Shown here in pieces: positions 29,467 to 42,414 of a DNA stretch of 64,000 nt (the stretch's first letter is position 1; each line of letters starts with the position of its first letter). This DNA is from Octopus vulgaris (lineage: Eukaryota): the NCBI GenBank assembly GCA_951406725.2, contig OX597831.1:21514001-21578000 (forward strand). The letters are read 5' to 3'. A program made the position numbers and the translations under genes. A model generated the notes under the pieces. The model was not told the DNA's origin, did no database searches, and worked only from the letters and a program-made list of their open reading frames with translations.

Positions 29467-29691
29467 CCCAACAAAATTGTTTCAATACAAGAGTTCACAA
29501 AAAGAATCTTGCATACCATATACAAAAATGAAGTATAACTCCGTACCTTGAGTAAATTTGATTATTTAGTGTTTGAAGATTAGCAGTGACTTCGAAGTTT
29601 GAAACCTTTCGATCAGAAAATCTTTGAAGAGACACAGGAAAAATTCCACCTTACCATTCTTTTTACTGGTTTCAGTTATTGGTCTGCCGGC

Positions 29692-29736
<45 letters not shown>

Positions 29737-29924
29737 GTGTGTGTGTGTAACCTGGTGTTTACTTTATTCACCTCTGTTGAACAACCGGACATAGAAGTAC
29801 CCAAGAGATACAGTCCAGAATTTAGACTGGAGGAAGAATAAACACATAGAGGCAATGCAAACAATTAATCATGTGGAATGAGAGTGTGGCTTTGTGCTTC
29901 TGTGTGCGTTTGTGAAGGCATGGG

Positions 29925-30003
<79 letters not shown>

Positions 30004-30033
30004 AACTATCTATCTATCTCTCTATCTATCTGA

Positions 30034-30131
<98 letters not shown>

Positions 30132-30145
30132 GACTGTCTGTTTGC

Positions 30146-30201
<56 letters not shown>

Positions 30202-30217
30202 CTATCGATCTATCTAT

Positions 30218-30362
30218 TTTTTTTTGTTCTTTTCTTCCCTTTTACGATCCCTCTTGATCGAAAACCTACGCCACCCCCCTTTTTTTCATCCCCCAAAAGA
30301 AAAGCTCTACCTTGTAACTTGTCCCATCTGTGTGCAGCCCTGTGTGGCCAATAAAGAAACTT
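30218..30362 (+). mobile_element. 3' terminal fragment of the same L1/Tx1 family, inside (TATC)n
   Basis: AAAAGAAAAGCTCTACCTTGTAA.TTGT.C.ATCTGTGTGCAGCCCTGTGTGGC.AATAAAGAAAC matches 13846-13911; TATC tracts on both sides. Confidence 0.85.
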
Positions 30363-30388
30363 ATCTATCTGACTATCTGACTGTCCGA

Positions 30389-30420
<32 letters not shown>

Positions 30421-30515
30421 ACGCCTGTCTATCTGACTGTCTATCTATCTATCTATCTATCTATCTTTTTTCATACTCTCTCTCTAAATATATATGTATG
30501 TTCAGAGAGAGAAAG

Positions 30516-30571
<56 letters not shown>

Positions 30572-30573
<2 letters not shown>

Positions 30574-31863
30574 GAGGGATGTATGAAAAGTTTAGAGCCT
30601 AACCTAGAAACGGGGCTGCTAGGTAGCTGAAACAATTTTTTCGGCTAAATACAGTCTTTTCGGAGTATTCTTGCTCATTTTTATGATTCTGACATTTTAA
30701 TTTTTTTGTTGAAGATTTTGAATAAACAAGTGTCGAGGTTACAAGGAAAATGAAGAAAACTGAGTATCGTGCTGTCATAAAGTACCTTCATTTGAAAGGC
30801 ATGACTCGATCAGAAATCCATGAAGATATGGTGAGAATCTTAACAGACAATGCTCCTTCATATGCAACAGTAAAATGCTGGGTAAATGGATTCTAGCGTG
30901 GCAGGGAGAGTGTTAAAAGATGATCCCACACTAGGGAGGCCTCCAACTGCCACCACCGAGGACAACATTGACCTTGCTCTTGGTGTGATAATGCAAAATT
31001 TACAAATATCATGTCGTTAGATAGCAGAGAGACTGGGCGTTTCAACTGAAAGAACAGACAACATTGTGACAAAAGAACGTGGGTTCTCAAAGGTTTCTGC
31101 AAGGTGGGTCTCTCGCATTTTGACTCCTGAACAGAAACGCACGAGGTGCACTTTGTCCACGAGCAATCTGGAAGTGTTTGAAGCCCATGAAGAGAATTTT
31201 TTTGCTTGTTTCATTACTATGGACGAAAGTTGGGTTCATCACTACCAGCCTGAAACCAAAGAACAATCAAAGCAGTGGAAGCACACATCTTCTGCCCCAA
31301 AGAAGGCCAGTGTCATTCCTTCAGCTGGCAAGATCACGGCGTCACTTTTTCGGGATTCTCAAGGTGTTTTGCTGATCGATTACCTTGAAAAGGGTCACAC
31401 CGTGACAGGGCTGTACTATTCTCAGCTACTGAAACGCCTCCGAGAAGCAATCAAAGAAAAAAAGGCCGGGAATGCTCAGCAGAGGAGTCCTTTTTCATCA
31501 CGACAATGCTCCCACCCACACCTCACTGGCTGCCATGGCAACAATTCGTGATTGTGGATACGAACTTGTTCCCCATCCGCCTTATTCGCCAGACCTAGTC
31601 CCCTCTGACTTTCATCGATTCCTCAAAATAAAAAAAAGTCTTGGCTGGTCACCATTTTGCCAGTGACAATGACGTCATGGATGCTGTAGGAAGTTTCTTG
31701 GAGTCCCCCCAAAAAAGAGTTCTTCTACGCCGGCATAATGGCGCTTCAGCACCGTTGGAGGAAGTGTCCAACCGTCGAGGGGTCTATGTTGAAAAATAAA
31801 ATCATCAGAAGTCTTGTATTATGTATTGTTTTTTGAGGCTTAAATATTTTCATACACCCTTCG

Positions 31864-31865
<2 letters not shown>
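30572..31865 (+). mobile_element. Full-length mariner (irritans/Himar1-like), inactive
   Basis: About 1.3 kb, TIRs ACGAGGGATGTATGAAAAGTTT / ATTTTCATACACCCTTCGTA, inserted in (TA)n. Confidence 0.95.
30750..31799 (+). pseudogene. mariner DD34D transposase pseudogene
   Basis: MKKTEYRAVIKYLHLKG.., WVSRILT, ITMDESWVHHY, FHHDNAPTH, HPPYSPDLVPSDF, YVEK*. One stop near 30894 and several frameshifts. Confidence 0.93.
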
Positions 31866-31895
<30 letters not shown>

Positions 31896-32061
31896 ACAGT
31901 TTTCAATATGCTAGGCCACTGGTTTTAAATTTATATTCATCAAATTAATATTCTCTTTTCCCCCTTATTATTTGAATTAACACACACACAAACACACACA
32001 CACACACATACACACACACACATATATATATAGTCAATTCAAATACACAAACATATATATA

Positions 32062-32103
<42 letters not shown>

Positions 32104-32214
32104 GTCTGTGTGTGTGTGCATATTCGTAATATGTATGTACGCATTATATTCATAGAAGCACAAACACTCTCGCGCGCAAATGCACACATGCATACACACG
32201 CGCACACACACACA

Positions 32215-32257
<43 letters not shown>

Positions 32258-32519
32258 CCACATACGCGCGCCCACATACGCGCGTTGGCACGTATATCAC
32301 CGAACAGCGTGACATTTTCGCGAAGGAGGGATTCAGCTGCAACGACAAGAAGGAAAGTGTTTAACCTCGGGTGAATAACAACGTTGACAACAACGATCCA
32401 ACTAAGACAAATGTTAGCGATGGTGGAGGTGGGAGTGGTGGGAATAAGATTTATCAATAGCAATAGTAGGAGTTGCGGAAATGGGAGTCGTACTGATGTT
32501 GTCGGCAGTGGGAGCAGTC

Positions 32520-32533
32520 ATAGTAGTAGTAAT

Positions 32534-32578
<45 letters not shown>

Positions 32579-32684
32579 CAGTAGTAGTAGCAGTAGTAGT
32601 AGTAGTTGTTGTAGTAGTAGTAATAAATAATAGTAGTAGAAAGTAGTAGTAGTTGTAATAGTAGTAGTGGTAGTAGTAGTAGTT

Positions 32685-32755
<71 letters not shown>

Positions 32756-32756
32756 C
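32520..32756. repeat. (AGT)n microsatellite
   Basis: Directly visible. Confidence 0.95.
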
Positions 32757-33049
32757 ATATTGTGCACTTTTCAAGCAGAAACGTTAATCGCTGTTTATTA
32801 AATAAGATATCACCGCCAGCTCTCACATCATGAATAGAAAATATTGCATGTTTGTGTGCATTTGTTAATGTATGCATTTTTGTGTATTGTCCTATATACG
32901 TGCATACGCCTGCTCATGGTTGCATACAAGGCAGGCGTCTTCTATTATAACCCCAGGCGGTTAACTAAAGCCCTTTTACTCGATTCGGTAGACAGAAGCT
33001 GTAAGATATTGTAAGATATGATCATCGTATGTGTGTGTATGAGTGTGCG

Positions 33050-33570
33050 TAAAGAATGAAGAGAAAATAGAGAGGTAATTAATAAAATTATTTATTCAAA
33101 AATATGACATCTCTGACAGCTGTTTCGATTCAGAAATCTTTAGATAATTAATTTATAAAGTAAAAATTATTACAAGATCAATCCCTGCAGAGGTAGTAAA
33201 GATATATACTGATTAGAAAAACATGTTGAGATATCGGATAACGCTTTAGAATCGTTATCTCAACATGTATTTCCAATCGGTATATCTTTACAACCTCTGA
33301 AGAGATTAATCTTATAATGATTTTAATTTTAAAAATTAATTATCTAAAGATTTCTGAATCGAAACAACTTTCAGAAATGTTGTCATATTTTATAATTAAT
33401 GAATAATATTATTAATTAGCTCTCCATTTTCTCTTCATTCTTTAAATATATATGTATATATGAACCAAGATTTATATACCTTGTAGTAGAACTTTCTATA
33501 GGTTGGTAATTAACCGGTATTTTCATTGGAATTATTATGATCCATTAATGAGGTTTATTACCTTTACTTC

Positions 33571-33574
<4 letters not shown>
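33050..33574. mobile_element. Foldback cassette with a hammerhead remnant in each arm
   Basis: Arms at about 33050-33233 and 33256-33444, tail at 33445-33574 ending in (TA)n. CTGAAGA-GATT..AATC-GAAAC at 33297-33365; the left arm reads AATC-GAAACAGCTGTC on the minus strand. Confidence 0.75.
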
Positions 33575-33614
<40 letters not shown>

Positions 33615-33909
33615 TGTGTGTGTGTGTATATATATACGCACATGCATAAACACACACGCACAAACACACACATGCACATATAAAAATGCATATATGTATA
33701 TATGTATATATCTGTGTGCATATCTTTATGTTTGTGTTTGTCGCTTACTATCGCATGACAATCGATGTTGGTTTGTCTACGGATGCATGACTTAGCGGTT
33801 CAGCAAAAGTCACCGATAGAATGAGTAGTAACAGGATGAATTTGTTTGATTAAAACCCTTCAAGGTGGTGGGCCAAGACGATCAGTGTCGGATGATAAAA
33901 CAATAAAAG

Positions 33910-33954
<45 letters not shown>

Positions 33955-34240
33955 GCCATACACACATATGAACACACACACATATACACACGCATATGTA
34001 TGTATATATGTATTACAGACTAAGAGCTACTAACTACTAATATGCTTTATTGAAGATGTTCCTTGATTCCTCCTCTCTGAAGAAATATTCATTACCTCTA
34101 GGCATTGTATGCACAGATATCCTAGAAACAGCTGCAAGACACTTTTTTTAATGTAACAAATCTGCTATTATGTTTGACTTATAAATAACACGCTCCGAGC
34201 TCTAAATTGATACCACATATTCTGCTTGTACATTCTCTCA

Positions 34241-34283
<43 letters not shown>

Positions 34284-34777
34284 AAAAAAGAAGTTTGAAA
34301 ACGCCACTATATTAGATAAATTTTAATTTTTTTATTAATTTTACCGTTTTCGGTTCTTGAAAAAACAAACCTTATCAAAAATATTATAAAAAGTGCAATG
34401 GAAAAGTTCATAATCGTTTCTTACTGTTCTCAATAGAATCCATGTGGTGGTGTTTTGTCGGTAGTTGGTATAATCGCTATATTACTGTTGAGTGTAGTGA
34501 AGAAGTCCATTATTGTTTCTTGCTGGTATCAAAAGGAACCGCTTTTTTGTTACCTTGTGTTCCAATGGTAGCAACAGTAGTGATTGTTGGTCGTAGTAGT
34601 AGTAACATGTGGCTGTTACTGTTGGTCGTAAGTTTGGCAACCTTAGTGGTGGTTTGGGTTGTAGCAGTTAAGCTGTGGCAGCAGCAGTAGCAATAGTGGT
34701 CGGTTCACTGGCACTGCTCACTGACGTCACATAATTCCAAACCAATCAAAACCAAACTTCAACGAATACAAGGAAAA

Positions 34778-34981
34778 GACCCATAATTGTATCCTGTAAG
34801 GAAACCAACCAAGCAGAACGACAAGCTTGACCACGGAAGAAAAACGTCATCAATTTTTTAACGAATCAAAATCAGATCTGACCCATAACTGTATCCTGTA
34901 AGGAAACCAACCAAGGAGAACGACAAGCTTGACCACGTAAGAAAAACGTCATCAATTTTTTAACGAATCAAAATCAGATAT
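34778..34981 (+). repeat. 102-bp tandem duplication
   Basis: GACCCATAA.TGTATCCTGTAAGG.. starts at 34778 and 34880; about 4 differences. Confidence 0.95.
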
Positions 34982-35246
34982 GCTCGCAGAAAATTTTTTT
35001 TTTATAAATTCATTTATAAAAACATACCACTGCAAGCGGGAGTGACTGTTTAAAGATCTGAGAAATTGTAATTCCGCCCACCTCCACCATTTTTTTTACT
35101 ATTTTAATTCTCACACTGTGGCCGTAGTAGCAATAGTAGTGACCACGATGGTTGTAGTAGTAGTGCTGCTAGTGGAAGCAGTCGTAGTGATCGTGGTGGT
35201 TGTGGTAGAATTTCATTTTTCCTTTTCGGAAGACCAATGTTTTGTT

Positions 35247-35452
35247 TTAATATTCCTGGCCCAGGGTGTTCAAACTTGGTCTAAATTTTTTGATGAAATT
35301 AAGTTCTTTATTTTTGCGTTGGGTGAAGGTTACGCTGTCACTGAATTTGTACAGTGGGTAAGTTGTAAAATTCGGATTTTCATTTGTAGCACATCTATCT
35401 ATATGTCCGCTGATCGGTATTTTCCGGTATTCAGGGTTTCTAATTTGGGATT
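35247..35452 (-). mobile_element. Second PLE remnant, GIY-YIG C-terminus of a different lineage
   Basis: KSQIRNPEYRKIPISGHIDRCATNENPNFTTYPLYKFSDSVTFTQRKNKELNFIKKFRPSLN fits the H..C....R...E..FI....P.LN end of the GIY-YIG domain; abuts (TA)n. Confidence 0.7.
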
Positions 35453-35836
35453 TATATATATATATATATACACATACATACATACATATACATATATATA
35501 TACATATATATATATGTGCGTGTGTGTATGTGTCATTTGGGTAAAAAGTAGTTGCTGAGTTCAATTGTTGAGAGCAACAGCACAGTTTAGGCTACCTGTT
35601 GTCATCTACAGTTATGGTACATTTCCGCAGGATCCACTCCACAGTTGCAGTTAGGTAAGCAGTATTAATCAATAGCAGAACATGGATTCGTATAAGACGT
35701 TTAACAACAATATGATGAATTTTAGTCAATTAAATCAATTGACACAGACTGATGGGTCGAAACTTGTTGCACCTAATAAAATTGTAACACGATATCCATC
35801 TCTTACTATTAATTTTCTCGTTCTCTCTCTCTCTAA

Positions 35837-35867
<31 letters not shown>

Positions 35868-35962
35868 ATCCCCTTATTTAAACCTCTTCTTTTCTAATCA
35901 ATCGCCATACTTGACTACTAAATCTACAATTTTTATCCTCTCTCTGTTTATTTTCTCTTATT

Positions 35963-36001
35963 CCTTTCTGATGAAGTGCGGTGGCTCGAAATGTAAAAGA
36001 C
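35963..36001 (+). ncRNA. Minimal hammerhead-like motif, decayed
   Basis: CTTT-CTGATGA-A-GTGCGGTGGCTC-GAAA-TG-TA-AAAG; homologous to 55351-55388. Confidence 0.55.
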
Positions 36002-36379
36002 TTTTTATTTCCCGATCTTCAAACTAATACACATGCTTGTAGTTCATACACCTGTCTCTGTCTTTTGTTTTTCTATAAATTTCAAATATATATATATATA
36101 TGTATATAGATGTATACACACAGTCACACACACACACACACATAAACATATGTATATATCCGATCAATGGTGAACCACCAATAGCCTTTCTCTACAACAC
36201 CACCTTTATTCTAGTTGCAGTTCAAGCCGACGTTTTAATTGTAAATCAACACAGACAAGTATACATTACAGTATCAGTATTACATCACAATAGTAATAAA
36301 TTTAAATATTCATATATATGTATACATATTTATGTATAATGTATGTATATGTGTATATAGGTGGCAAATATACTTCACG

Positions 36380-36450
<71 letters not shown>

Positions 36451-36704
36451 AAAATATGTTATAAAAAGAAAATATGAAATACACGTGGAAATGTAAGGGT
36501 AAAATATAAAAAATCAACGAAAATGCACATTGCAAATAAAAAAAGGGTATTTATGACAGGTAACGACAAATATAAACATTTAGATTGACTGAGAGATTTG
36601 AGGTAGTAATACGTGTCATAAAAGTCATTATTATGAGATGATTATAAGATGATAATAAAGAGACAGAACAAAACGGCCCATGGTTTACGCAAAGCTATTC
36701 ATCG

Positions 36705-36759
<55 letters not shown>

Positions 36760-37487
36760 TACATATACGTGTGTGTGTATATGTGCATGTTTTGTGTGTG
36801 TGTTAGAAGCAGTAGATGACGGATTCATAGTTTCTCTTTCATCGTCCTGGGCTCATTAGAGTATAATCAAATTTTTGCATACTATGTGTACTGTCAAAGC
36901 ACATGCGAATGGTAGAATAAAACTTATCAATTAATTACTCTAATTGATCTAATTGACTGTAATTTTTCATTCTGTTGTCTTAAGTACATCCACCATAGTC
37001 TTACACTTCGTCCTCTGATGTTGCAGCCCCCAAGCATTTCCGTCCATTGTTCATTGCTGGGATAGCATCGATTACGTCAAGAGGAGAAATCTGGTACACA
37101 TGCATATGTTGGGCTTCCATACAGACTTGATTAGAGATCTACTTGGTTCAGATCACTTCAATACCACACCACGTTACTATTCTCTACCAAGAGACGGAAC
37201 ATAATTGAGGTGCGGACCAGTGGTTTTATGTCACGTATGATTACCAAATAAGCCATATATATGCGTGTGTGTGTGTGAGAGAGAGAGTGTATATGTGCAT
37301 GTGTGTGCGCACGTTTATGCACGTATGCCTATATATATTGCTTGAGTGTGTTTGTGTGTGTACGTGTTTATCTATACATGTAAGTACGTCTCCATGTCTT
37401 TACATATGTGCCTCCATGCCTATAGATATATGTGTATGTGTTTATAAATATATGTACATATCTGCATATATATGTATATATATATAT

Positions 37488-37554
<67 letters not shown>

Positions 37555-37605
37555 CAAGACGTCTTTATGAAATTTCTTTGTTTTAATCTTTGTCTTATAT
37601 ATGTA

Positions 37606-37666
<61 letters not shown>

Positions 37667-37737
37667 CACTACGGGCTCCGTGTGAGCAATCATCTAAAAG
37701 TTTTTTGTGCATTTTGATGTTGACATAAGTTCCTTGC

Positions 37738-37820
37738 TTTTCCTGATGAGAAAGCGGTATAATGTACTCCTTATTCCTTCGCAATTAGGAATATGCAGCC
37801 TTCGAAACATATGTCGAAAA
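37738..37820 (+). ncRNA. Type I hammerhead ribozyme with canonical core
   Basis: TTTTC-CTGATGA-GAAAGC..GCCTTC-GAAA-CATATG-TC-GAAAA: 5-bp stem I, G-C closed stem II, palindromic stem III, GUC triplet at 37813-37815. Confidence 0.75.
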
Positions 37821-38628
37821 TAAAGTAATTGTGTTAATTCGTCGTTCAGCTCCATTCTTTCATATATTTATATTTTTAATATATATATATACATATATAT
37901 ATATCAAAGATGTGTTAATCGTTATATTTACAACTGAATTACCATTTTTCCTCACTTTCTCCTTCATGTTTACCTAATACGAATTTTGAGTAAACAAGAG
38001 TCCTTAGAACGCATCTATTTCATTCTTTTTAATTCCTCCTCCTCACCCTAAATTTTGAAGAATGACTAAACTTTCTAGTATAAGTCTTACAAACATAACT
38101 GTTTTACGCTAAACATTTTTCATCTTTTTATGATTAAAAAATAACAATACCAAGTATTGTTTTCAACGGTTAGATTTAATTTAAATTAGGTAACGTTTTC
38201 TCATTGGAAATTTCTCTAACGAAATCGCCCTGTTTTGCATATATGGATCTATATTTAGCCAATCTATACTAATCTACAGAGAGAAAGTTATCGATATCGC
38301 TATATTTATACCATCCCCTAACCGTTCATCCGTTAGTTGTGGTTTAATAATGGACGTGATTCCCATCATAATCACACATGCATAGGAACAAATAAAGATG
38401 AAACTCATAGTTCCAGCTTCTCTGCTCTTTTTTTTTTAAAGTTCCTATTATCGTTTCTGCACTGATGAGTACTTTGATATTTGCAAATTCTAAAATGAAT
38501 TTATATCTATGTACAAATCGATTGTATGCATGAATAAATATTTTACAAACTTTTAACATCTAATCTCCTCCATTTTTGACAAATATGATTGGATTTGTGG
38601 AACTTCATTCTATAAATTAATCATATGC

Positions 38629-38694
<66 letters not shown>

Positions 38695-39118
38695 TGTATA
38701 TATATATGTATACATATATATGTATATACGTTTGCTTCAGAGTGTTGGGATATGTGGTAATGTTTGTATAGGGGATAATATAAATTTCCTCAAACCTGTA
38801 TCAAAGGTGACCCTTTACATTGTGTGTCTTTGATGCAGCTATAATGAAGTGCCACTCAAATGTTTCAAACCGCAAACATTACATAAATTTTCACGTTGAA
38901 CTTTTGCGTGAACTGGCGTTGAAAGCAATGTTGGTACAGAAGCAATTGTAATTTACAATTAAAAATGTATTAAACGCTTTATTTGTCTTCTCATTTACAT
39001 TATATTGTCATCTCCGTTAAACCCACGCAACGGTTTTACCGTCGTTAAATCGGGATTTTCAACGACAGAAGTAAGTATATATTCCAGCTTCTCTGCTCTT
39101 TTTTAAAGTTCCTATGTA

Positions 39119-39285
39119 TAGGCGCAGGAGTGGCTGTGTGGTAAGTAGCTTGCTAACCAATCACATGGTTCCGGGTTCAGTCCCACTGCGTGGCACCTTG
39201 GGCAAGTGTCTTCTGCTATAGCCCCGGGCCGACCAATGCCTTGTGAGTGGATTTGGTAGACGGAAACTGAAAGAAGCCTGTCGTA

Positions 39286-39332
<47 letters not shown>

Positions 39333-39535
39333 CTGTGTTTGTTCCCCTAGCATTGCTTGACAACCGATGCTGGTGTGTTTACGTCCCCGTCACTTAGCGG
39401 TTCTGCAAAAACAGACCGATAGAATAAGTACTAGGCTTACAAAGAATAAGTCCCGGGGTCGAGTTGCTCGACTAAAGGCGGTGCTCCAGCATGGCCGCAG
39501 TCAAATGACTGAAACAAGTAAAAGAGTAAAGAGTA
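39119..39535 (+). mobile_element. SINE family B, full length (bipartite, internal microsatellite)
   Basis: tRNA-like head, CACCTTGGGCAAGTG block, (TA)/(TG) spacer at 39284-39332, tail AAAAGAGTAAAGAGTA. Confidence 0.92.
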
Positions 39536-39864
39536 TACGTACGAATATGAGTGAGCGCGTACGCTTGTGTATGTATGTAATATCACTTTCTCTATGTTTC
39601 TTTATGTATTTATTTTGCAGAAAACACAATTCTTACTTTAAACAATGATCTATCTTCATTACAGTCAGTATTCTTGTAATTAAATTTCGAAGTTAAATAG
39701 TAATTTATATTTATACAAAGTGTTACAGTGATCCTCTTCCAAATGATCTCCTTGTTTATTTTACAATGCGACATGTTTATTTTATTAAACTTTGAAATAT
39801 TGTCATTATTCTTGTCATTTGTTGTGGTAGAACAGCCACTGACGCTGTCTATGTTATTGTTACT

Positions 39865-40253
39865 GTGTGGAAGCACTCCGTCGGTTACGACGACGAGGGT
39901 TCCGGTTCATCCGAATCAACGGAACAGCCTGCTCGTGAAATTAAAGTGTAAGTGGCTGAGCACTCCACAGACACGTGTACCCTTAACGTAGTTCTCGGGG
40001 ATATTCAGCGTGACACAGAGAGTGACAAGGCCGGCCCTTTGAAATACAGGTACAACAGAAACAGGAAGTAAGAGTGAGAGAAAGTTGTGGTGAAAGAGTA
40101 CGGCAGGGATCACCACCATCCCCTGCCGGAGCCTCGTGGAGCTTTTAGGTGTTTTCGCTCAATAAACACTCACAACGCCCGGTCTGGGAATTGAAACCGT
40201 GATCCTATGACCGCGAGTCCGCTGCCCTAATCGCTGGGCCATTGCGCCTCCAC
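39865..40253 (-). mobile_element. SINE family C, full length with 10-bp TSD
   Basis: Reverse complement of 61711-62095; TATTGTTACT at 39855-39864 and 40254-40263. Confidence 0.93.
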
Positions 40254-40563
40254 TATTGTTACTATCGTATTTGTTGTTGTTATTGTTGCTAATAGTGTGA
40301 TCGTATCTTTTACCCTCGTTGCCTTTACTGATATTCCTGTTGATTATGTCGTTGTTGCTGCTAGCGATGCTACTCTACGTGTTGCTAGTTTTGCTGTTGT
40401 TGCTGTTCTTGATGATGCTTATGGAGGAAGTAACTGCATCTGTGTTATTATTATCGCTGCCTTTTTGTTGTTGCTGTTGTTTTTTCAGTACTAATTAAAC
40501 CCTGAAGAAACGACCAATGCATCATCTGGGGCGTTCCACCTTGGCTGTTCTCTACTTCTTTAT

Positions 40564-41310
40564 GGCGGCGAGCTGGTAGAAACGTTAACGCGCTGGGCGA
40601 AATGCTTAGCGGTATTTCGTCTGCGTTACGTTGTGAGTTCAAATTCCGCCGAGGTCGACTTTGCCTTTTAACCTTTCGGGGTCAATAAATCAAGTACCTA
40701 TTTCTTTATTACCCACAAGGGGCTAAACATAAAGGGAAAAAACAAGGACAGCCATAAATTAAGTACCAGTCACGCACTGGGATCGATGTAATCGACTTAA
40801 TACCTATGTCTGTCCTTGTTTGTCCCCTCTGTGTTTAGCCCCTTGTGGGTAATAAAGAAATAGGTATTTCGTCTGCGGCTACCTTCTGAGTTCAAATTCC
40901 GCCGAGGTCGACTTTGCCTTTTATCCTTTCGGGTCAAAAAATTAAGTACCTATTTCTTTATTACCCACAAGGGGCTAAACATAGAGGGGAAAAACAAGGA
41001 CAGCCATAAATTAAGTACCAGTTACGCACTGGTGTCTACGTAATCGGCTTAATCCATTTCTCTGTCTTTCTTTGCCCCCTCTATCCTTTGCGCCTGTGGG
41101 CAATAAATATAAAACGTTACCACACCGGGTGAAATACTTAGTGGTATTTCGTGTGTCTTTACGTTCTGAGTTCAAATTCCGCCGAGGTCGACTTTGCTTT
41201 TCATCCTTTCGGGATCGATAAATTAAGTACCATTTGTGTACTGGGGTCAATCTGATCGACTGGCCCCCAACCCCTAAAATTTCGGGCCTTGTGCCTAATG
41301 TAGAAAAAAA
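40564..41310 (+). mobile_element. Rearranged SINE A cluster (tandem units with internal inversions)
   Basis: Inverted tail segments at about 40698-40756 and 40950-41008 interrupt two tandem units; a third copy follows. Confidence 0.85.
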
Positions 41311-41432
41311 AACCCATTTTACAAACAAAAGCTCGCTTGTACACACTCACAATTAGAAATGTTTCTGTATATATTTAATTCACACTTCCCAACGTTTTCA
41401 TGTGAGATTTTTTCATTATTTATGCATATTAT

Positions 41433-41487
<55 letters not shown>

Positions 41488-41492
41488 ATATG

Positions 41493-41554
<62 letters not shown>

Positions 41555-41560
41555 TGTATG

Positions 41561-41610
<50 letters not shown>

Positions 41611-42414
41611 TGTGTCTGTGTATGTATATGCATATATATATATGTGTGTATGTACATTTTTGTGTATATATTAATTTTACAATAATTTTTAATGTTTCTC
41701 TATGCAATGCTTGTTTCTACATCCAGCTATACATACATACATACATACATACATACATACATACATACATACATACATACATACATACATAAACACCCAT
41801 TTACATACGTTCATCAATTTCCTAATATAATTCCAAGCTTCCAATGGATTCCACATTTAACTTTATCGTTATTTATTGTATCTGAATTCACTGACGTCTA
41901 AAATAATAAATTTACGTTACGATGAGTATTATTTATATATTTATATCTGGTTCTATATTGCAGTGACTTATATATATATTTAATTTCTAGTGGAAAATTT
42001 ATGCTAGCTAAATGTAACAAAGCACAATATTTTAATTCTGCAAATTCTCACTGCTAATAGATCCATAGTATATGTTGCATACCCCATGTGATATTTTGCA
42101 GACCAATCGATAAATTGTTTTATTGGATATTACTTTGAGCCTAAAGTTATTGATTTTCATCTATTGTGTTTTACATGTGCATGAGACCTTCGTAGGGGCG
42201 AATGGTTTTTCATAGGGGTTTTATAGGTACAGATGCTGCTGGTCAGATTGACCATGCTTCTGACCAATTTATGTGAAGTCCTGAGGAGTGAGATTAAGAA
42301 ACTCGCTTTGAAACCCCGTGGTTTCAAGTTCAATGACATGGCTCGGCACTTCGAGTAGGCATTTTGGGGTATAGCACCGTGTGTGGATTTACTTGGGCGG
42401 AAACTATATGGAGA

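Noticed and set aside
38455-38495. CTGATGA(G) as a hammerhead (also 14264 and 18448)
   Set aside because: No stem II-GAAA-stem III follows.
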